Shown: positions 1 to 13,400, counted from the stretch's first letter. The stretch is 64,000 bases of DNA from Eledone cirrhosa (GCA_964016885.1 OZ024740.1:115196001-115260000), one strand, 5' to 3'. A program made the numbers and translations. The notes: a model not told the origin generated them from the sequence alone.

Positions 1-98
1 TTCAAAATCCACTAGTAGTACAAAAGTTTGGTTGAAAGCTTAGTCTGGAGTTATTTCCATGAGGCACAATGAGAAAGTCTGTGTGCATGGACATATTT

Positions 99-332
<234 letters not shown>

Positions 333-334
333 CC

Positions 335-740
335 GGGAGAGATGACCCTTTAGCCTTTGTCAAGGCAGAATTCTAGAAGGAAAACTCTGATATAACACCT
401 GCAACGCTGATGGTATCCAATGATGTTGACTTGTTCTTCTTTTTGGTAAATATCATCTTGGTTAAGAGGGTGGGACTGGCTTTGTGCAGTGCCTTTGCTC
501 ACTATAAAAGCTTCACGGTACAGGCATTGCTTTATATCTGGAGATCTCTCTGCACTTGTCGTCACATGGTACCATGGGCCCAGCACTGTGTGTCAGTAAT
601 TGTCACAAGTGTAGTGTTTGTACCAGAGTTTTCAAGTCGCTGGCATGACTAAAAAGTCACACTTGTTCAGCGCATCGGTAGGGTTCTCCCACATGGATAT
701 AAAGTAGTGGCCGTACTCGAAAACGAGTTGGCAGCCACCA
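335..740 (+). mobile_element. Short non-autonomous RTE-derived retroelement, copy 1
   Basis: Near-identical to 55977-56386, with the same 5' start (GGGAGAGATGACCC). The last ~170 bp match the 3' end of the RTE LINE at 55766-55933. Confidence 0.8.
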
Positions 741-1189
741 TATACATATATAGTGCCATGCTCATCTATTGCTCTCTTTTTATTTTAATCATTCAATTTC
801 CTAAGGCAGATGAATAAATAATAAATAAAAACGGCGAACTATTTGTTAAGCTCTTCTCTGCCCTTTGACATTGAATTTTAAACTGCGAGAATATTTTCAC
901 TTGAGTATTTCGCATCGACATTCATTTACATATTATATATAATGAATATGTTCACTGTTTACTTGGTAGATCTACTGTCAGATCTCTTTGTTTCGAAATG
1001 AGTTTTGTAGATATTTTGTTGTAGCACCAATATATCTTAACATAAAAGTGAATATGTAATGTAACTTATTTTCGCAGCTGGAATTTTTTTCATTAGTACT
1101 TTTATAAATATAAATTGTTTTACTCGAAGTGACGTGAATGTAATTTTAAAAATGTGTATGCAGGTTTCAGATATAATGATGATGATACT

Positions 1190-2530
1190 GGTGGTGGTGG
1201 TGATTGTGGTGGTGGTGGTGGTGGTGGTGGTTGTCGTGGTGGTGGTGTTTGTGGTGGTGTTTGTAGTGGTGGTGTTTGTGGTGGTGGTGTTTGTTTGTGG
1301 TGTTTGTGGTGGTGTTTGTGGTGGTGATGATTGTGGTGTTTGTGGTGGTGGTGATTGTGGTGGTGGTGTTTGTGGTGGCGGTGTTTGTGGTAGTGGTGTT
1401 TGTGGTGGTGGTGATTGTGGTGGTGGTGTTTGTGGTGGTGGTGTTGTGGTGGTGGTGTTGTGGTGGTGTTTGTGGTGGTGATGATTGTGGTGTTTGTGGT
1501 GGTGTTTGTGGTCGTGCGTGTGGTGGTGGTGTTTGTGGTGGTGTTTGTGGTGGTGATTGTGGTGGTGGTGTTTGTGGTGGTGTTGATTGTGGTGGTGGTG
1601 GTGGTGTTTGTGGTGGTGTTTGTGGTGGTGTTTGTGGTGGTGGTGTTTGTGGTGGTGTTTGTGGTGGTGTTTGTAGTGGTGTTTGTGGTGTTGTTTGTGG
1701 TGGTGATGTTTGTGGTGGTGTTTGTGGTGGTGGTGATTGTGCTGTTTGTGATGGTGGTGAGTGTGGTGGTGGTGTTTGTGGTGGTGTTTGTGGTGGTGAC
1801 GATTGTGGTGTTTGTGGTGGTGGTGATTGTGGTGGTGGTGTTTGTGGTGGTGTTTGTGGTGGTGGTGATTGTGGTGTTTCTGGTGGTGGTCAGTGTGGTA
1901 GTGGTGTTTGTGGTGGTGATGATTGTGGTGTTTGTGGTGGTGTTTGTGCTGGTGTTTGTTCTGGTGGTGTTTGTCGTGGTGGTGTTTGTCGTGGTGGTGT
2001 TTGTCGTGGTGGTGTTTGAGGTGGTGTTTATAGTAGTGTTTGTGGTGGTGGTGGTGACTGGTCTTTGTGATGGTGGTGGTGTTTGTGGTGGTGGTGATTG
2101 TGGTGGTGGTGTTTGTCGTGGTGGTGTTTGTCGTGGTGGTGTTTGAGGTGGTGTTTGTAGTAGTGTTTGTGGTGGTGGTGGTGACAGTGGTGTTTGTGAT
2201 GGTGGTGGTGTTTGTGGTGGTGGTGATTGTGGTGGTGGTGTTTGTCGTGGTGGTGTTTGTCGTGGTGGTGTTTGTAGTAGTGTTTGTGGTGGTGGTGGTG
2301 ACAGTGGTGTTTGTGATGGTGGTGGTGTTTGTGGTGGTGGTGATTGTGGTGGTGGTGTTTGTCGTGGTGGTGTTTGTCGTGGTGGTGTTTGTAGTAGTGT
2401 TTGTGGTGGTGGTGGTGACAGTGGTGTTTGTGATGGTGGTGGTGTTTGTGGTGGTGGTGATTGTGGTGGTGGTGTTTGTCGTGGTATTTGTGTTGTTGGT
2501 GGTGGTGGTGGTGGTTGTGACTGTTGTGGT
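1190..2530. repeat. (GGT/TGT)-based complex minisatellite
   Basis: Recurring GGTGGTGTTTGT-type units with internal block duplications. Confidence 0.9.
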
Positions 2531-2579
2531 AGCGGTGAGTAGAAGGATAATGATGATGATTAGTAAAATGAGGAAGACG

Positions 2580-2729
2580 GGATGGTGATAATGTTGATGT
2601 TGTTAAAGATAATCTGGATGATGTTGATGGTGATGGTTAGGATAATGGAGATATTGATGTTGTTGAGCACAGTGGTGATTATGATGATGATAATGATTGC
2701 AACGACGAATATAACGACAATGAGAATGG

Positions 2730-2803
<74 letters not shown>

Positions 2804-3004
2804 ACACTGGTAATAGTGATGATGAGGACGACGATGAGGATGATGAGGATGACGTTGTTGCTGATGAAAATGATGATCGTGATGATGATGATGATGACGA
2901 CGATGATGATAATGATAATGATGATGACGATGATGATGAAAATATTGATCGTGATGATGTTGCTGACGATGATGATGATAATAATAATACTTATTATTAT
3001 TATT
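2580..3004. repeat. (GAT)n / (ATT)n low-complexity repeat
   Basis: Direct reading. Confidence 0.9.
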
Positions 3005-3132
3005 ATCAGTATTGGTAGGGCGTCAAACGCTATGCTTTGCAGCATAGAGTTATGGTCCTTAACCTTCTAAGTTCAAATCCCGCCGAGGTTAACTTTGCCT
3101 TTCATCCTTATGGGATCGAGACAAAAAGTATG
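3005..3132 (+). mobile_element. tRNA-derived SINE, diverged partial copy
   Basis: B box GTTCAAATCC plus the family core CCGAGGTTAACTTTGCCTTTCATCCTTA. Confidence 0.8.
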
Positions 3133-3134
3133 CC

Positions 3135-4687
3135 ACCGTGGACGTACTTTTTGCCACGCGCAAGAGGCGAAGTCTCACTCTTTGGTAACCCTGAAGAGTT
3201 ATGAGATAGTTTGAGTGCCCTCCTACTGCGGGCAAGTCCATGTCATCCGACTGCGTCGTGGGCCACTGGACGGACGGACCGGTTAAATTGCTCGGGGTCT
3301 GGTTCGGTCCAAATCTCCAGAGGAAGAAAAACTGGTGCGAAGTGACGAGCAGGGTGGCCTTTCTCACCCAGAAATGGGCCGAGAGGAAGCTGTCCCTGAA
3401 AGGTTGGGTGAAGGTGGCGAATGCGTACATCGCGTCCGTCATCTGCTACCACCTGACCGTCGAACCTTGTCCCCGTTCAACTGACGAGAATGGAGCGCCT
3501 TCTCTTCCAACTTTTGTGGCAGCGACGCGCTCCCATGATCAGACGATCCATCTGCTGTCAGCACCTGTTGCGTGGAGGACAAGGCATGCCGTGGCTGATC
3601 ATGCGCAAACATGTGCTGAGACTGCGACATCTTTGGTGCTTCTTTAACGGTGAACAAGTGTGGTCGTCATTTGCCAGACGCGCTTTTCCCCAGATCGTTT
3701 CCTTGACGGAGCTGCAGTCCTGGATCAGGAAAAGACAGAGGGATAGCGCTTGGAAGCAGGAATGTTTCCAAGCGCTCACCCCCACCCCCCTCTACCAACT
3801 GGGCACTAGTATCGGTGGAACATCCACTTCGGCGTTCTATAGAGGACTAGTGGAGGCGAGGAGCAACGACGTTCTCAGGGAATCCCTGGGCGTCGAAGAC
3901 GATCAGCTGTTCGCTCTCTTCGGGGGAACTTTTAGCCCGGGGCCTATGAACAACTTCCAGACATCCCTGATCTGGCAGTGCTACCGGGGACCGTTGCTGG
4001 TTCGAGATAAGCTCTACAGGCACAGAAGTGCCGTCAACCGAACCTGTCCAAGATGCACGCACTCGTTCAGTGCCCCAAAATTGCTGACACGTGGGACTAT
4101 GTCGAACAGTTGCTGTCGCGTGTAGGACGGATCCGCTTATCGACTGAGTCCATTGTGCAGATAGCCCCGCCGTCCTCCTTTAAGGAAGAGGAAGGGAAGG
4201 CAGTTTTCATCTGCCTGGTGGCCATGGCGAAAGAGATTATGTGATAGTCAAGGTTGAAATGACTGTATACGGACACTTTCCTCTCCGGCGAATCCCTGAT
4301 TAACTTTTTCAAGTTTCACTTGAAGTGGAGAATCTGGTTGAAGAGGCAAGTGCTGTCTTCTAGTAAGTTTATTAAAAGGTGGGTGAAAGTGGTGAGCTGG
4401 TCCGAGTGAACGGGCCCGCTCTGAGTATGCGCCTGTACATTGAGGAGTAGGAAAACAGGTGGTCAGGTTGGCCGTGGTCTTTTCTGTGGTTTTCGCCACG
4501 AGTGACCCTTGGAAATTTCCCCCCTATTGGGGAAGTTTTGTTGTTTGACTTTCTTAATTTGCTTATGTTGTTTTTTGTTATAACATTTTTTTTACACGGC
4601 CAAAACCCACTCTGTATCGTCCTGTACCTATCTGTGCCTTCTGTAATGTCTTCCTTCGTGTTAGCCCTTGTGGCCAATAAAGAAATC
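3135..4687 (+). mobile_element. Tx1/L1-clade LINE, 5'-truncated, frameshifted ORF2 C-terminus plus 3' UTR
   Basis: VKLLGVWFG..RKLSLKG..ANAYIASV, zf-RVT-like CPRC region. Homologous to 7400-8890. Ends GCCCTTGTGGCCAATAAAGAAATC(ATT)n. Confidence 0.9.
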
Positions 4688-4706
4688 ATTATTATTATTA
4701 TTATCA

Positions 4707-4767
<61 letters not shown>

Positions 4768-4768
<1 letters not shown>

Positions 4769-5944
4769 CCAGGAATGAACATATGGTGGCTGCTGGGATG
4801 CGTTATCGAGGAGGGGACAGACACTACCCTCCTGGATATCAAAAGGACAGAAAGAGAGGATTGGTCCGGAAATGATTTGGAGGTTATTCTCCAAATGAAA
4901 CCGGAGGACATGAACAACATCCCCGATTTTGCCCGCCTGCAGGACGGGACAACAATCCAACTAATCATTGACGGAAGAAGGCCACGCTGCTTCGTCTGCG
5001 GGGAAGCAACGCATCTGCAAGCCCTCAGCGCAAAAATGCAGTGGGTCGCAAACCTCCTTTGTTGCCAACGCCAGTTCAGCACGGAAAGCTGCACCACCAC
5101 CACCACCAAAAACAACACCAACAAAGACACGGACACCAACATCAAAAACAACCGGATCACCACCAACACCAAAACCAATCCAAGGGGAAAACGTGGAAAG
5201 CTCTCCCACTTCCTCCCCCACCCAATTATACACATAGACAAAACAATAAACGCACACGCAGACACAGAGACACTCACAGACACAGACCCTTTGTCTTCCA
5301 GCAGCGAAGATGAAGGAAAACCCAAAAGTGCAAAAAAACAGAGAAAACTCACCAAAAAAAAGCCCCAACAAAACACAAAATCATACACAACAAAAAATAC
5401 AGACACCACTAACGCAAACACTTCCCCAATAACATCAGCACCAACAGCAACATCGACACCACCCCCACAATCCCCGAAACGCAAACAACCTAAACAAACA
5501 CAAGTACAAATAAATACACAAATACCTGAAATTGCAGACACCACACCTACAACAAACACAAACATACCCGAAACAACACCACCAAAACCATCACAACCAC
5601 AGTCACCAAAACGAAAACAAATAAAACCACACCAACAAAATGTTTAAAACTTCGTGCTTGTCAGAAGGGCCAACGATAAACTGATGGCCCTCTTAGCACG
5701 AAGCGAGGACATTCAAACAGAGGGGGAGATTTTTGAAATGAGCACAGTTTGCGTGCCAGAAGATTTGCTTCTGGTCCGAATGTCACTCAATTCCTTCAAA
5801 GAAATTCGAGAGAGCTTTCCTCAAGACGTGGGAACCCCGAATGTGAAACCCACATCAAGACTTTTAAAGGGGTTCCCAAAAGAAACCCCACCAACCATGG
5901 AGGTCGAACCACCCGACCTTCACAAGACCCCGAGAGGTAAGTAA
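4768..5944 (+). pseudogene. Tx1 ORF1 remnant (zinc knuckle, then Thr/Pro/Lys-rich region)
   Basis: GRRPRCFVCGEATH lies directly upstream of ORF2. A stop at 5647 interrupts it. Confidence 0.7.
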
Positions 5945-5973
5945 ACCTTCCCTCTCTCTCTTAGCTTACCAAC

Positions 5974-8615
5974 ATGGCCATATTAAGAGTAGGAAGTTTA
6001 AATGTTCGCGGCCTGTGGTCACCCCGGAAGCAGGGTCGCCTGCTCAACGACCTCAGGTCGCTGGAAATGGATGGGATTGCCGTCAGCGAGACCAGAATTT
6101 CCGACACGCGCGCACTAGCCCCCATTTTCGACGACTATCAGATCTTCGCATCTGTTAGCATGCCGGGAATGGGGATGGGGTGGCAGTGCTGTTTAGGAAA
6201 GGACTGGATCGCGAGGTAAGGTCGATCTTCCGGGACCCGGACGGTCAGAGCTAAGACGCGTGTGCTGAGAAACGAGGGAACCAAAACTGCGTGGCGGAGG
6301 CGCAGCGTGGTAATAAAACCACAATTCGGTCTTTGGCGAACCGAGACGGACACGAGATAAGCGATTCCAAGCGGATGTGTGAGGCCTTTCGACAGCACTT
6401 TTCTCAGTTGTTCGGGGCGAGTGGCGAGTCAGAGAGAGTAGCGGATTTAGACCCTACCTTGACTGCTTGCCGCGCATCTCGACGGTCGATGCTGAGCGCT
6501 GCGAAAGGCAGATTACTTCAGCCGAAATTCAGGACGCCTTGTCGGCTGCATGAGGCGCAAGTCACCCGGTTTGGATGGCCTGCCCTACGAGCTTTACGTA
6601 AATATGCCAGACTTGTTCTCCGATCTCCTCGAAGCACAATACTGCAACTGGCAGCAGAATGGGAGTATTCCCAGTTCTGTGAGCAGGGGAGTGGTGACGT
6701 TGATAAGGAAAGACGAGAACAAGAGGGATACATTAGACAACTTCAGGCCAATAACTCTGCTCAACACAGAGTTTAAGATTTTGGCTAAGGTGTTAGCAAA
6801 GAGATTGGCGCTTGTCGTCGAGGATTTGGTTGGGGAGGCGCAAACTTGCGCAATCCCAGCCAGGTCAATACACGACAATCTTCACCTCATGCGATACATC
6901 ATAGAGAGGGTAGGGTGTAAACCTGGCTTCGGTGGGGCACTGATCAATTTAGATCAATCGAAAGCATTCGATAGGGTCGACCATCGGTATCTGGAGTTTG
7001 TCCTCAAAGCACCTGGCTTCGGCCCTGTTTTCAGAAGCTGGATCGCTGCAATGCACAGCGGCACACGCTCGGTGGTCAAGGTTAATGGCCACCTCTCGGA
7101 ACCATTTCGGCTGTCCCGATCGGTCCGTCAAGGGTGCCCTCTCTCTTCCCTTCTGTACGTATTGACTCTCGAGCCTTTACTGCGGAAGTTGGTGCTGTTG
7201 CAGGGCATCCTGCTCGAACCGGGACGTGGAAAGGCGGTGCCGGCTTATGCTGACGACATCACCCTGATGTTGTCGAACACCTCAGAAATCGAGGTGGTCG
7301 GCACGTTATTGAAGGAATATGAATGGTTGACAGGAGCCAAACTTAACCCGGAAAAGTCGGTGGGCTTGCAGCTCGGAACCAGGAGAGGCAAGCCCATGCC
7401 GTCCAACAGCGTCGTGGGGCGCTGGACAGGCGGACCGGTAAAGTTGTTCGGGGTTTGGTTCGGACCAGACCTCCAGGTGGAAAAGAATTAGGACGAGGTA
7501 ACGAGCAGAGTAGCCACTTTCACCCAAAACGGGCTGGAAGGAAGCTATCACTGAAAGGTCGCGCGGAGGTAGCGAATGCGTACATCGCGTCCGTCATCTA
7601 CTACCGCCTGACCATCGTGCCTTGCCCTCGTCCGCGCCTCGTCAAGTTGGAACGGCTCCTCTTCAAATTCTTGTGGAGGGGACAAGTTCCGTTGGTGAAG
7701 CGGTCCATCTGCTGCCAGCACCCTCTACGCGGAGGGCTGGGCATGCCATGGCTAATGATGCGCAGACATGCGTTAAGGCTGCGACATCTCCAGATATTCT
7801 GCCTAAACGGTGAACAGGTGTGATCGCCGTTTATCAGACGGGCTTTTCCGCGGTTCATTTCTTTGACTGAGCTGCAGTCCTGGGACAAGAAGAGACCGAG
7901 ACTGGGTGACTGGCACCTGGAATATTGCCAGGCACTCACTGCCCTCTACCAAGCGGGCAATGCGTTCAGTGGAACTTCCACTCTTGAGTTCTATAGAGGA
8001 TTAGTGGTGGGCAAATGCGATGACGTACTCGGAGAAGCTTTGGGCCTCGACGAAGTCGAACTGACCAGTCTGTACCGGAGGACTTTCGAGCCGGGGACGA
8101 TGGACAATTTCCAGAAATCCCTCGCTTGGCAGTGCTACCGGACGGCACTGCCGGTTCGGGATAAACTCTACAGGCACGGAAGTGCTGTCAGACGGACCTG
8201 CCCAAGATGCGCACAGAACGACGAAACCGTTCTGCACGCACTTGTCCAATTTCCGTGCATTACTGACTTGTGGAGTTATGTCGAACAGCTACTGTCGCGT
8301 GTGGAACGAATCCAGCTATCGGCCGAGTCCATAGTGAAGATCGACCCGCCGCCTTCTTTAGGTCAGGAAGAGCAGGAAATTTTCCTCTGTCTAGTGACAG
8401 TTGCGAAAGAGGTTATATGGTGGACCACGTTAAAAGGACTGAAGACAGATACTTTTCTCTTCGGCCAGTCCCTCATCAACTTCTTCAAGTTTCACCTGGA
8501 AAGGGAGGTGAGGGTGGAGAGAGAAGTGCTGCTCCCCCAGTACATTTGCTAAAAGGTGGATGAATGTGTCGAGAATGGCTCGTGTGAATGGGCATACTCT
8601 GACCATGCACCTATA
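5974..8615 (+). pseudogene. Tx1 ORF2 (endonuclease-reverse transcriptase), broken by frameshifts and stops
   Basis: ORF pieces 5974-6219, 6291-, 6550-7491, 7455-7823 and 7863-8552 are collinear with an L1-type ORF2. Confidence 0.9.
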
Positions 8616-8902
8616 GGCTTGCTAACTTGAGGAGAGGGGTGCTCTCCCTGGGTGCCCTAGAAGCGCAGGGTGGTTCAGGATTGGTGGGGTACTTGAATCA
8701 CTCTAGGGGCGTCCACCCCCTATCGGGGAATTTATTTTGTTATATTTATGCATAGTTTTTTTATATTTTTATATCTTCATTGTCAAATTAGTCTTGCCAT
8801 TGTGCACTTTTACTCCACCTTATTGTAAACCCCCACTGTCCCTGTCTTTGTATTGTCCCCTACATGTCGGCCCTTGTGGCTAATAAATGAAATCGTTATT
8901 AC

Positions 8903-9085
8903 TGGATTGGCTGTATCGGTAGAGGGTCGAACGCCATGCTTTGACGCGTAGAGTTACGGCCCTTGCCATTCTGAGTTCAAATCCCGCCGAGGTTAACTTT
9001 GCCTTTCATCCTTACGGGGTCGATAAAATAAAGTACCAGTAATGAACTGGTTAATTGCTGGCCTTGTGCCAAAAGTAGAAACAAT
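8903..9085 (+). mobile_element. tRNA-derived SINE, full length
   Basis: A-box-like TGGCTGTATCGG, B box GAGTTCAAATCC, family core, 3' end GTGCCAAAAGTAGAAACA(ATT)n. Confidence 0.9.
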
Positions 9086-9104
9086 TATTATTATTATTAA
9101 AGGA

Positions 9105-9250
9105 CAGTGGATTAGCAGCATTGGTAGAGCATCAGACACCATGCTTTACGGTCTGAGTTCAAATCCCGCCGAGGTTAACTTTGCCTTTCAACCTTACGGG
9201 GTCGATAAAATAAAGTACCAGTAATGTACTGGGTATTTGAAACAATTATT
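9105..9250 (+). mobile_element. tRNA-derived SINE with internal deletions
   Basis: Same B box and core as 8903-9085. Confidence 0.85.
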
Positions 9251-9253
9251 ATT

Positions 9254-9363
9254 ATGATGATGATGTTGATGATGTTGATGATGAAGGATGATGAAGGATG
9301 ATGATGATGATGATGATGATGATGTTGATGATGTTGATGATGAAGGATGATGAAGGATGATGA

Positions 9364-9411
<48 letters not shown>

Positions 9412-9510
9412 TTGATGATGTTGATGATGAAGGATGATGAAGGATGATGAAGGATGATGATGATGATGATGATGATGATGCTGATGATGATGATGATGCT
9501 GATGATGTTC
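9254..9510. repeat. (GAT)n repeat with duplicated blocks
   Basis: Direct reading. Confidence 0.9.
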
Positions 9511-9537
9511 ATACCAATCGTCTCCATAGTCTTAATA

Positions 9538-9723
9538 AGTGTTTCTACTTTTGGCACAAGGCCAGCAATTACCCAGTGCATTACTGCTACTTTATTTTAT
9601 CGACCCCGTAAGGATGAAAGGCAAAGTTACCCTCGGCGGGATTTGAACTGAGAATGGCAAGGGCCGTAATTCTATGCGTCAAAGCAGGGCGTCCGACCAT
9701 CTACCGATACTTCCAATCCACCA
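9538..9723 (-). mobile_element. tRNA-derived SINE
   Basis: Reverse complement of the SINE consensus. Confidence 0.9.
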
Positions 9724-9736
9724 CCTATAGTCTTAA

Positions 9737-9905
9737 TAATTGTTTCTATTTTAGGCACATGGCCAGCAATTACCCAGTGCATTACTGGTACTTTATTTTA
9801 TCGACCCCGTAAGGATGAAAGCAAAGTCAACCTCGGCGGGATTTGAACTCAGATCGTAAAGGGACGTAACTATGCTGGAAAGCATGGCGTCCGACCCTCT
9901 ACTGA
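9737..9905 (-). mobile_element. tRNA-derived SINE
   Basis: Reverse complement of the SINE consensus. Followed by a short inverted copy of the head (9907-9931). Confidence 0.88.
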
Positions 9906-10231
9906 TTGGCAGTATCAGTAGAGGGTTGGACCCATAGTCTTAATAATGGTCGCCTTAGGTAGTTTTGATAATAGTGGATGTGATATAATAGTGTGAATAG
10001 TGATTGTGTTTTCAACAGATCACTTGTTGAATGTTAACATGTGATTGGTGAGTGAAACTATAATTTTGTTACGTTTGGCATTAATCATACTAATACTACT
10101 TCAAGGGAAGTTTTTTTTTTATAAATTATTATTTTGTATCCGTTTGTATAATCTCATTTGCAAATTCCTTAGAATTAAAGTAATCATGATTGGATTCGTG
10201 TAATCAAAGGACAAAAACACGTTAAATAAAG

Positions 10232-10388
10232 AACAACAGCAACAAGTACAATAATAACAACAATAACAACAACAATAACAACAACAATTACAACAACAAT
10301 AACAACAACAATAACAACAACAATTACAACAACAATAACAACTACAACAACAAGTACAACAATAACAACAATAACAACAACGACAACG
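10232..10388. repeat. (CAA/TAA)n repeat
   Basis: Direct reading. Confidence 0.9.
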
Positions 10389-10439
10389 AAAATAGAAGAA
10401 AGTCAAAGACATGGCTATGTTGATAATGAGATGGAAAAT

Positions 10440-13400
10440 AGTGATTAGAATGGTCGTGATGATGTTGGTGATGGTGGTATTGCTGAGTGATGATGATGTT
10501 GGTGTTGGTGGTGGTGATAGCGTGGGTAGTTTTGGTGTTGGTGGTGGTGATAGTGTGGGTAGTGTTGGTGTTGGTGGTGGTGATAGTGTGGGTAGTGTTA
10601 GGTGGTGGTGGTGATTGTGTGGGTAGTGTTGGTGGTGGTGGTGGTGATAGTGTGGGTAGTATTGGTGGTGGTGGTGGTGATAGTGTGGGTAGTGTTGGTG
10701 TTGGTGGTGGTGATAGTTTGGGTAGTGTTAGGTGGTGGTGGTGATTGTGTGGGTAGTGTTGGTGGTGGTGGTGGTGATAGTGTGGGTAGTATTGGTGGTG
10801 GTGGTGGTGATAGTGTGGGTAGTGTTGGTGTTGGTGGTGGTGATAGTGTCGGTAGTGTTGGTGTTGGTGGTGGTGATAGTGTGGGTAGTGGTGGTGGTGG
10901 TGGTGATTGTGTGGGTAGTGTTGGTGGTGGTGGTGATAGTGCGGGTAGTGTTGGTGGTGGTGGTGATTGTGTGGGTAGTGTTGGTGTTGGTGGTGGTGAT
11001 TGTGTGGGTAGTGTTGGTGTTGGTGGTGGTGAAGGTGTGGGTAGTGTTTGTGGTGGTGGTGATGTGTGGGTAATGTTGGTATTGATGGTGGTGATAGTGT
11101 GGGTAGTGTTGGTGGTGGTGTTGGTGATTGTGTGGGTAGTGTTGGTGGTGGTAGTGGTGGTGGTGGTGATAGTGTGGGTAGTGTTGGTGTTGGTGGTGGT
11201 GATTGTGTGGGTAGTGTTGGTAGTGGTGATGGTGTGGGTAGTGTTGGTGGTGGTGATAGTGCGGGTAGTGTTGGTGGTGGTGGTGATAGTGCGGGTAGTG
11301 TTGGTGTTGGTGGTGGTGATTGTGTGGGTAGTGTTGGTGGTGGTAGTGATAGTGTGGTTAGTGTTGGTGGTGTTAATTGTGTGGGTAGTGTTGGTGATGG
11401 TGGTGATAGTGTGGGTAGTGTTGGTGTTGGTGGTGGTGATAGTGTGGGTAGTGATGGTGTTGGTGGTGGTGATGATGTTGTTGGTGATGGTGGTATTGCT
11501 GGGTGATGATGATGTTGGTGTTGGTGGTGGTGATAGTGTGGGTAGTGTTGGTGTTGGTAGTGGTGGTATGTAGGTAGTGTTGGTGTTGGTGGTGGTAATG
11601 ATGTTGTTGGTGATGGTGGTATTGCTGGGTGATGATGATGTTGGTGTTGGTGGTGGTGATAGTGTGGGTATGTTGGTGGTGGTGGTGATAGTGTGGTTAG
11701 TGTTGGTGGTGGTGGTGATAGTGTGGGTTGTGTTGGTTTTGGTGGTGATAGTGTGGGTAGTGTTGGTGGTGGTGGTGATAGTGTTGGTGTTGGTGGTGGT
11801 GATAGTGTGCGTGTATTGGTGGTGGTGGTGATAGTGTTGGTGTTGGTGGTGATAGTGTGAGTTGGGTTGGTGGTGGTGGTGATAGTGTGGATAGTGTTGG
11901 TGGTGGTGGTGGTGTGGTGGTGATAACGTGGGTAGTGTTGGTGGTGGTGGTGGTGATAATGTGGGTAGTGTTGGTGGTGGTTGTGGTGATAGTGTTGGTA
12001 GTGTTGGTGTTTGTGATAGTGTGGGTTGTGTTGGTGATGGTGATTGTGTGGGTAGTGTTGGTGTTGGTGGTCGTGATAGTGTGGGTATGTGTCGGTGGTG
12101 GTGGTGGTGGTGGTGATTATGAGGGTAGTGTTGGTGGTGGTGGTGGTGGTAGTGTGGGTAGTGTTGGTGGTGGTTGTGGTGGTAATAGTGTGGGTAGTGT
12201 TGGTTGTGTTGGTGGTGGTGGTGGTGATAGAGTTCGTAGTGTTGGTGTTGGCGGTGGTGATAGTGTGGGTAGTGTTGGTGGTGATGGTGGTGATAGTGTG
12301 GGTAGTGTTGATGGTGGTGGTGGTGATAGTGTGGGTAGTGTTGGTGGTGGTGGTGGTGGTGGTGATAGTGTTGGTAGTGTTGGTGTTGATGATAGTGTGG
12401 GTAGTGTTGGTGGTGGTGGTGGTGGTGATAATGTGGGTAGTGTTGGTGGTGGTGGTGGTGCTGGTGGTGGTGATAGTGTGGGTAGTGTTGGTGGTGGTGT
12501 TGGTGATAGTGTGGGTAGTGTTGGTGGTGGTGGTGGTGGTGGTGGTGATTTAGTGGGTAGTGTTGGTGGTGGTGGTGGTGATAGTGTTGGTAGTGTTGGT
12601 GGTTGTGATATTGTGGGTAGTGTTGGTGGTGGTGGTGGTGATAGTGTGGGTAGTGTTGGTGATTGTGTTGGTAGTATTGGTGTTGGTGGTGATGATGTTG
12701 TTGGTGATGGAGGTATTGCTGGGTGATGATGATGTTGGTGTTGGTGGTGGTGATAGTGTGGGTAGTGTTGGTGGTGGTGGTGATAGTGTGGGTAGTGTTG
12801 GTGGTTGTGGTGGTAATAGAGTGGGTAGTGTTGGTGGTGGTTGTGATAACGTGGGTAGTGTTGGTGGTGGTGGTGGTGATAGTGTGGGTAGTGTTGGTGT
12901 TGGTGATATTGTGGGTAGTGTTGGTGGTGGTGATAGTGTGGATAGTGTTGGTGGTAGTGGTGGTGATAATGTGGGTAGTGTTGGTGTTGGTGGTCGTGAT
13001 AGTGTGGGTAGTGTCGGTGGTGGTGGTGGTGGTGGTGATAATGTGGGTAGTGTTGGTGGTGGTGGTCGTGATAGTGTGGGTAGTGTCGGTGGTGGTGGGG
13101 GTGACGGTGATAATGTGGTTAGTGTTGGTGGTGGTGGTGGTAGTGTGGGTAGTGTTGGTGGTGGTGGTGGTGATAGAGTTCGTAGTGTTGGTGTTGGCGG
13201 TGGGGATAGTGTGGGTAGTGTTGGTGTTCGCGGTGGTGGTTATGTGGGTAGTGTTGGTAATGTTGGTGGTGACGGTGATAGTGTGGGTAGTGTTGGTGGT
13301 GGTGGTGGTGGTGGTGATAGTGTGGGTAGTGTTTGTAGTGTTGCTGGTGGTGGTGGTGATTGAGTTCGTAGTGCTGGTGTTGGCGGTGGTAATAGTGTGG

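Larger units (their letters stand above)
4768..8895 (+). mobile_element. Tx1/L1-clade LINE: partial ORF1 plus disrupted ORF2 (APE-RT) with internal deletion
   Basis: ORF1 knuckle CFVCGEATH; APE start SLNVRGL..VSETR; RT motifs KSPGLDG, NFRPITLLN, DQSKAFDRV, RQGCPLS, YADD; zf-RVT; AATAAA end. Confidence 0.92.

Noticed and set aside
1134-2588. Gly/Cys/Val-rich ORFs resembling keratin-associated or cuticle proteins
   Set aside because: They arise from a GGT/TGT minisatellite. All frames are open, with frame switches and no signal peptide or unique sequence.
4372-5565. 397-aa minus-strand ORF
   Set aside because: Antisense shadow of the A/C-rich Tx1 ORF1 and an (ATT)n tract.
8903-9085. tRNA gene
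   Set aside because: Only A/B-box remnants. It is the head of a SINE repeated about 12 times in the window.
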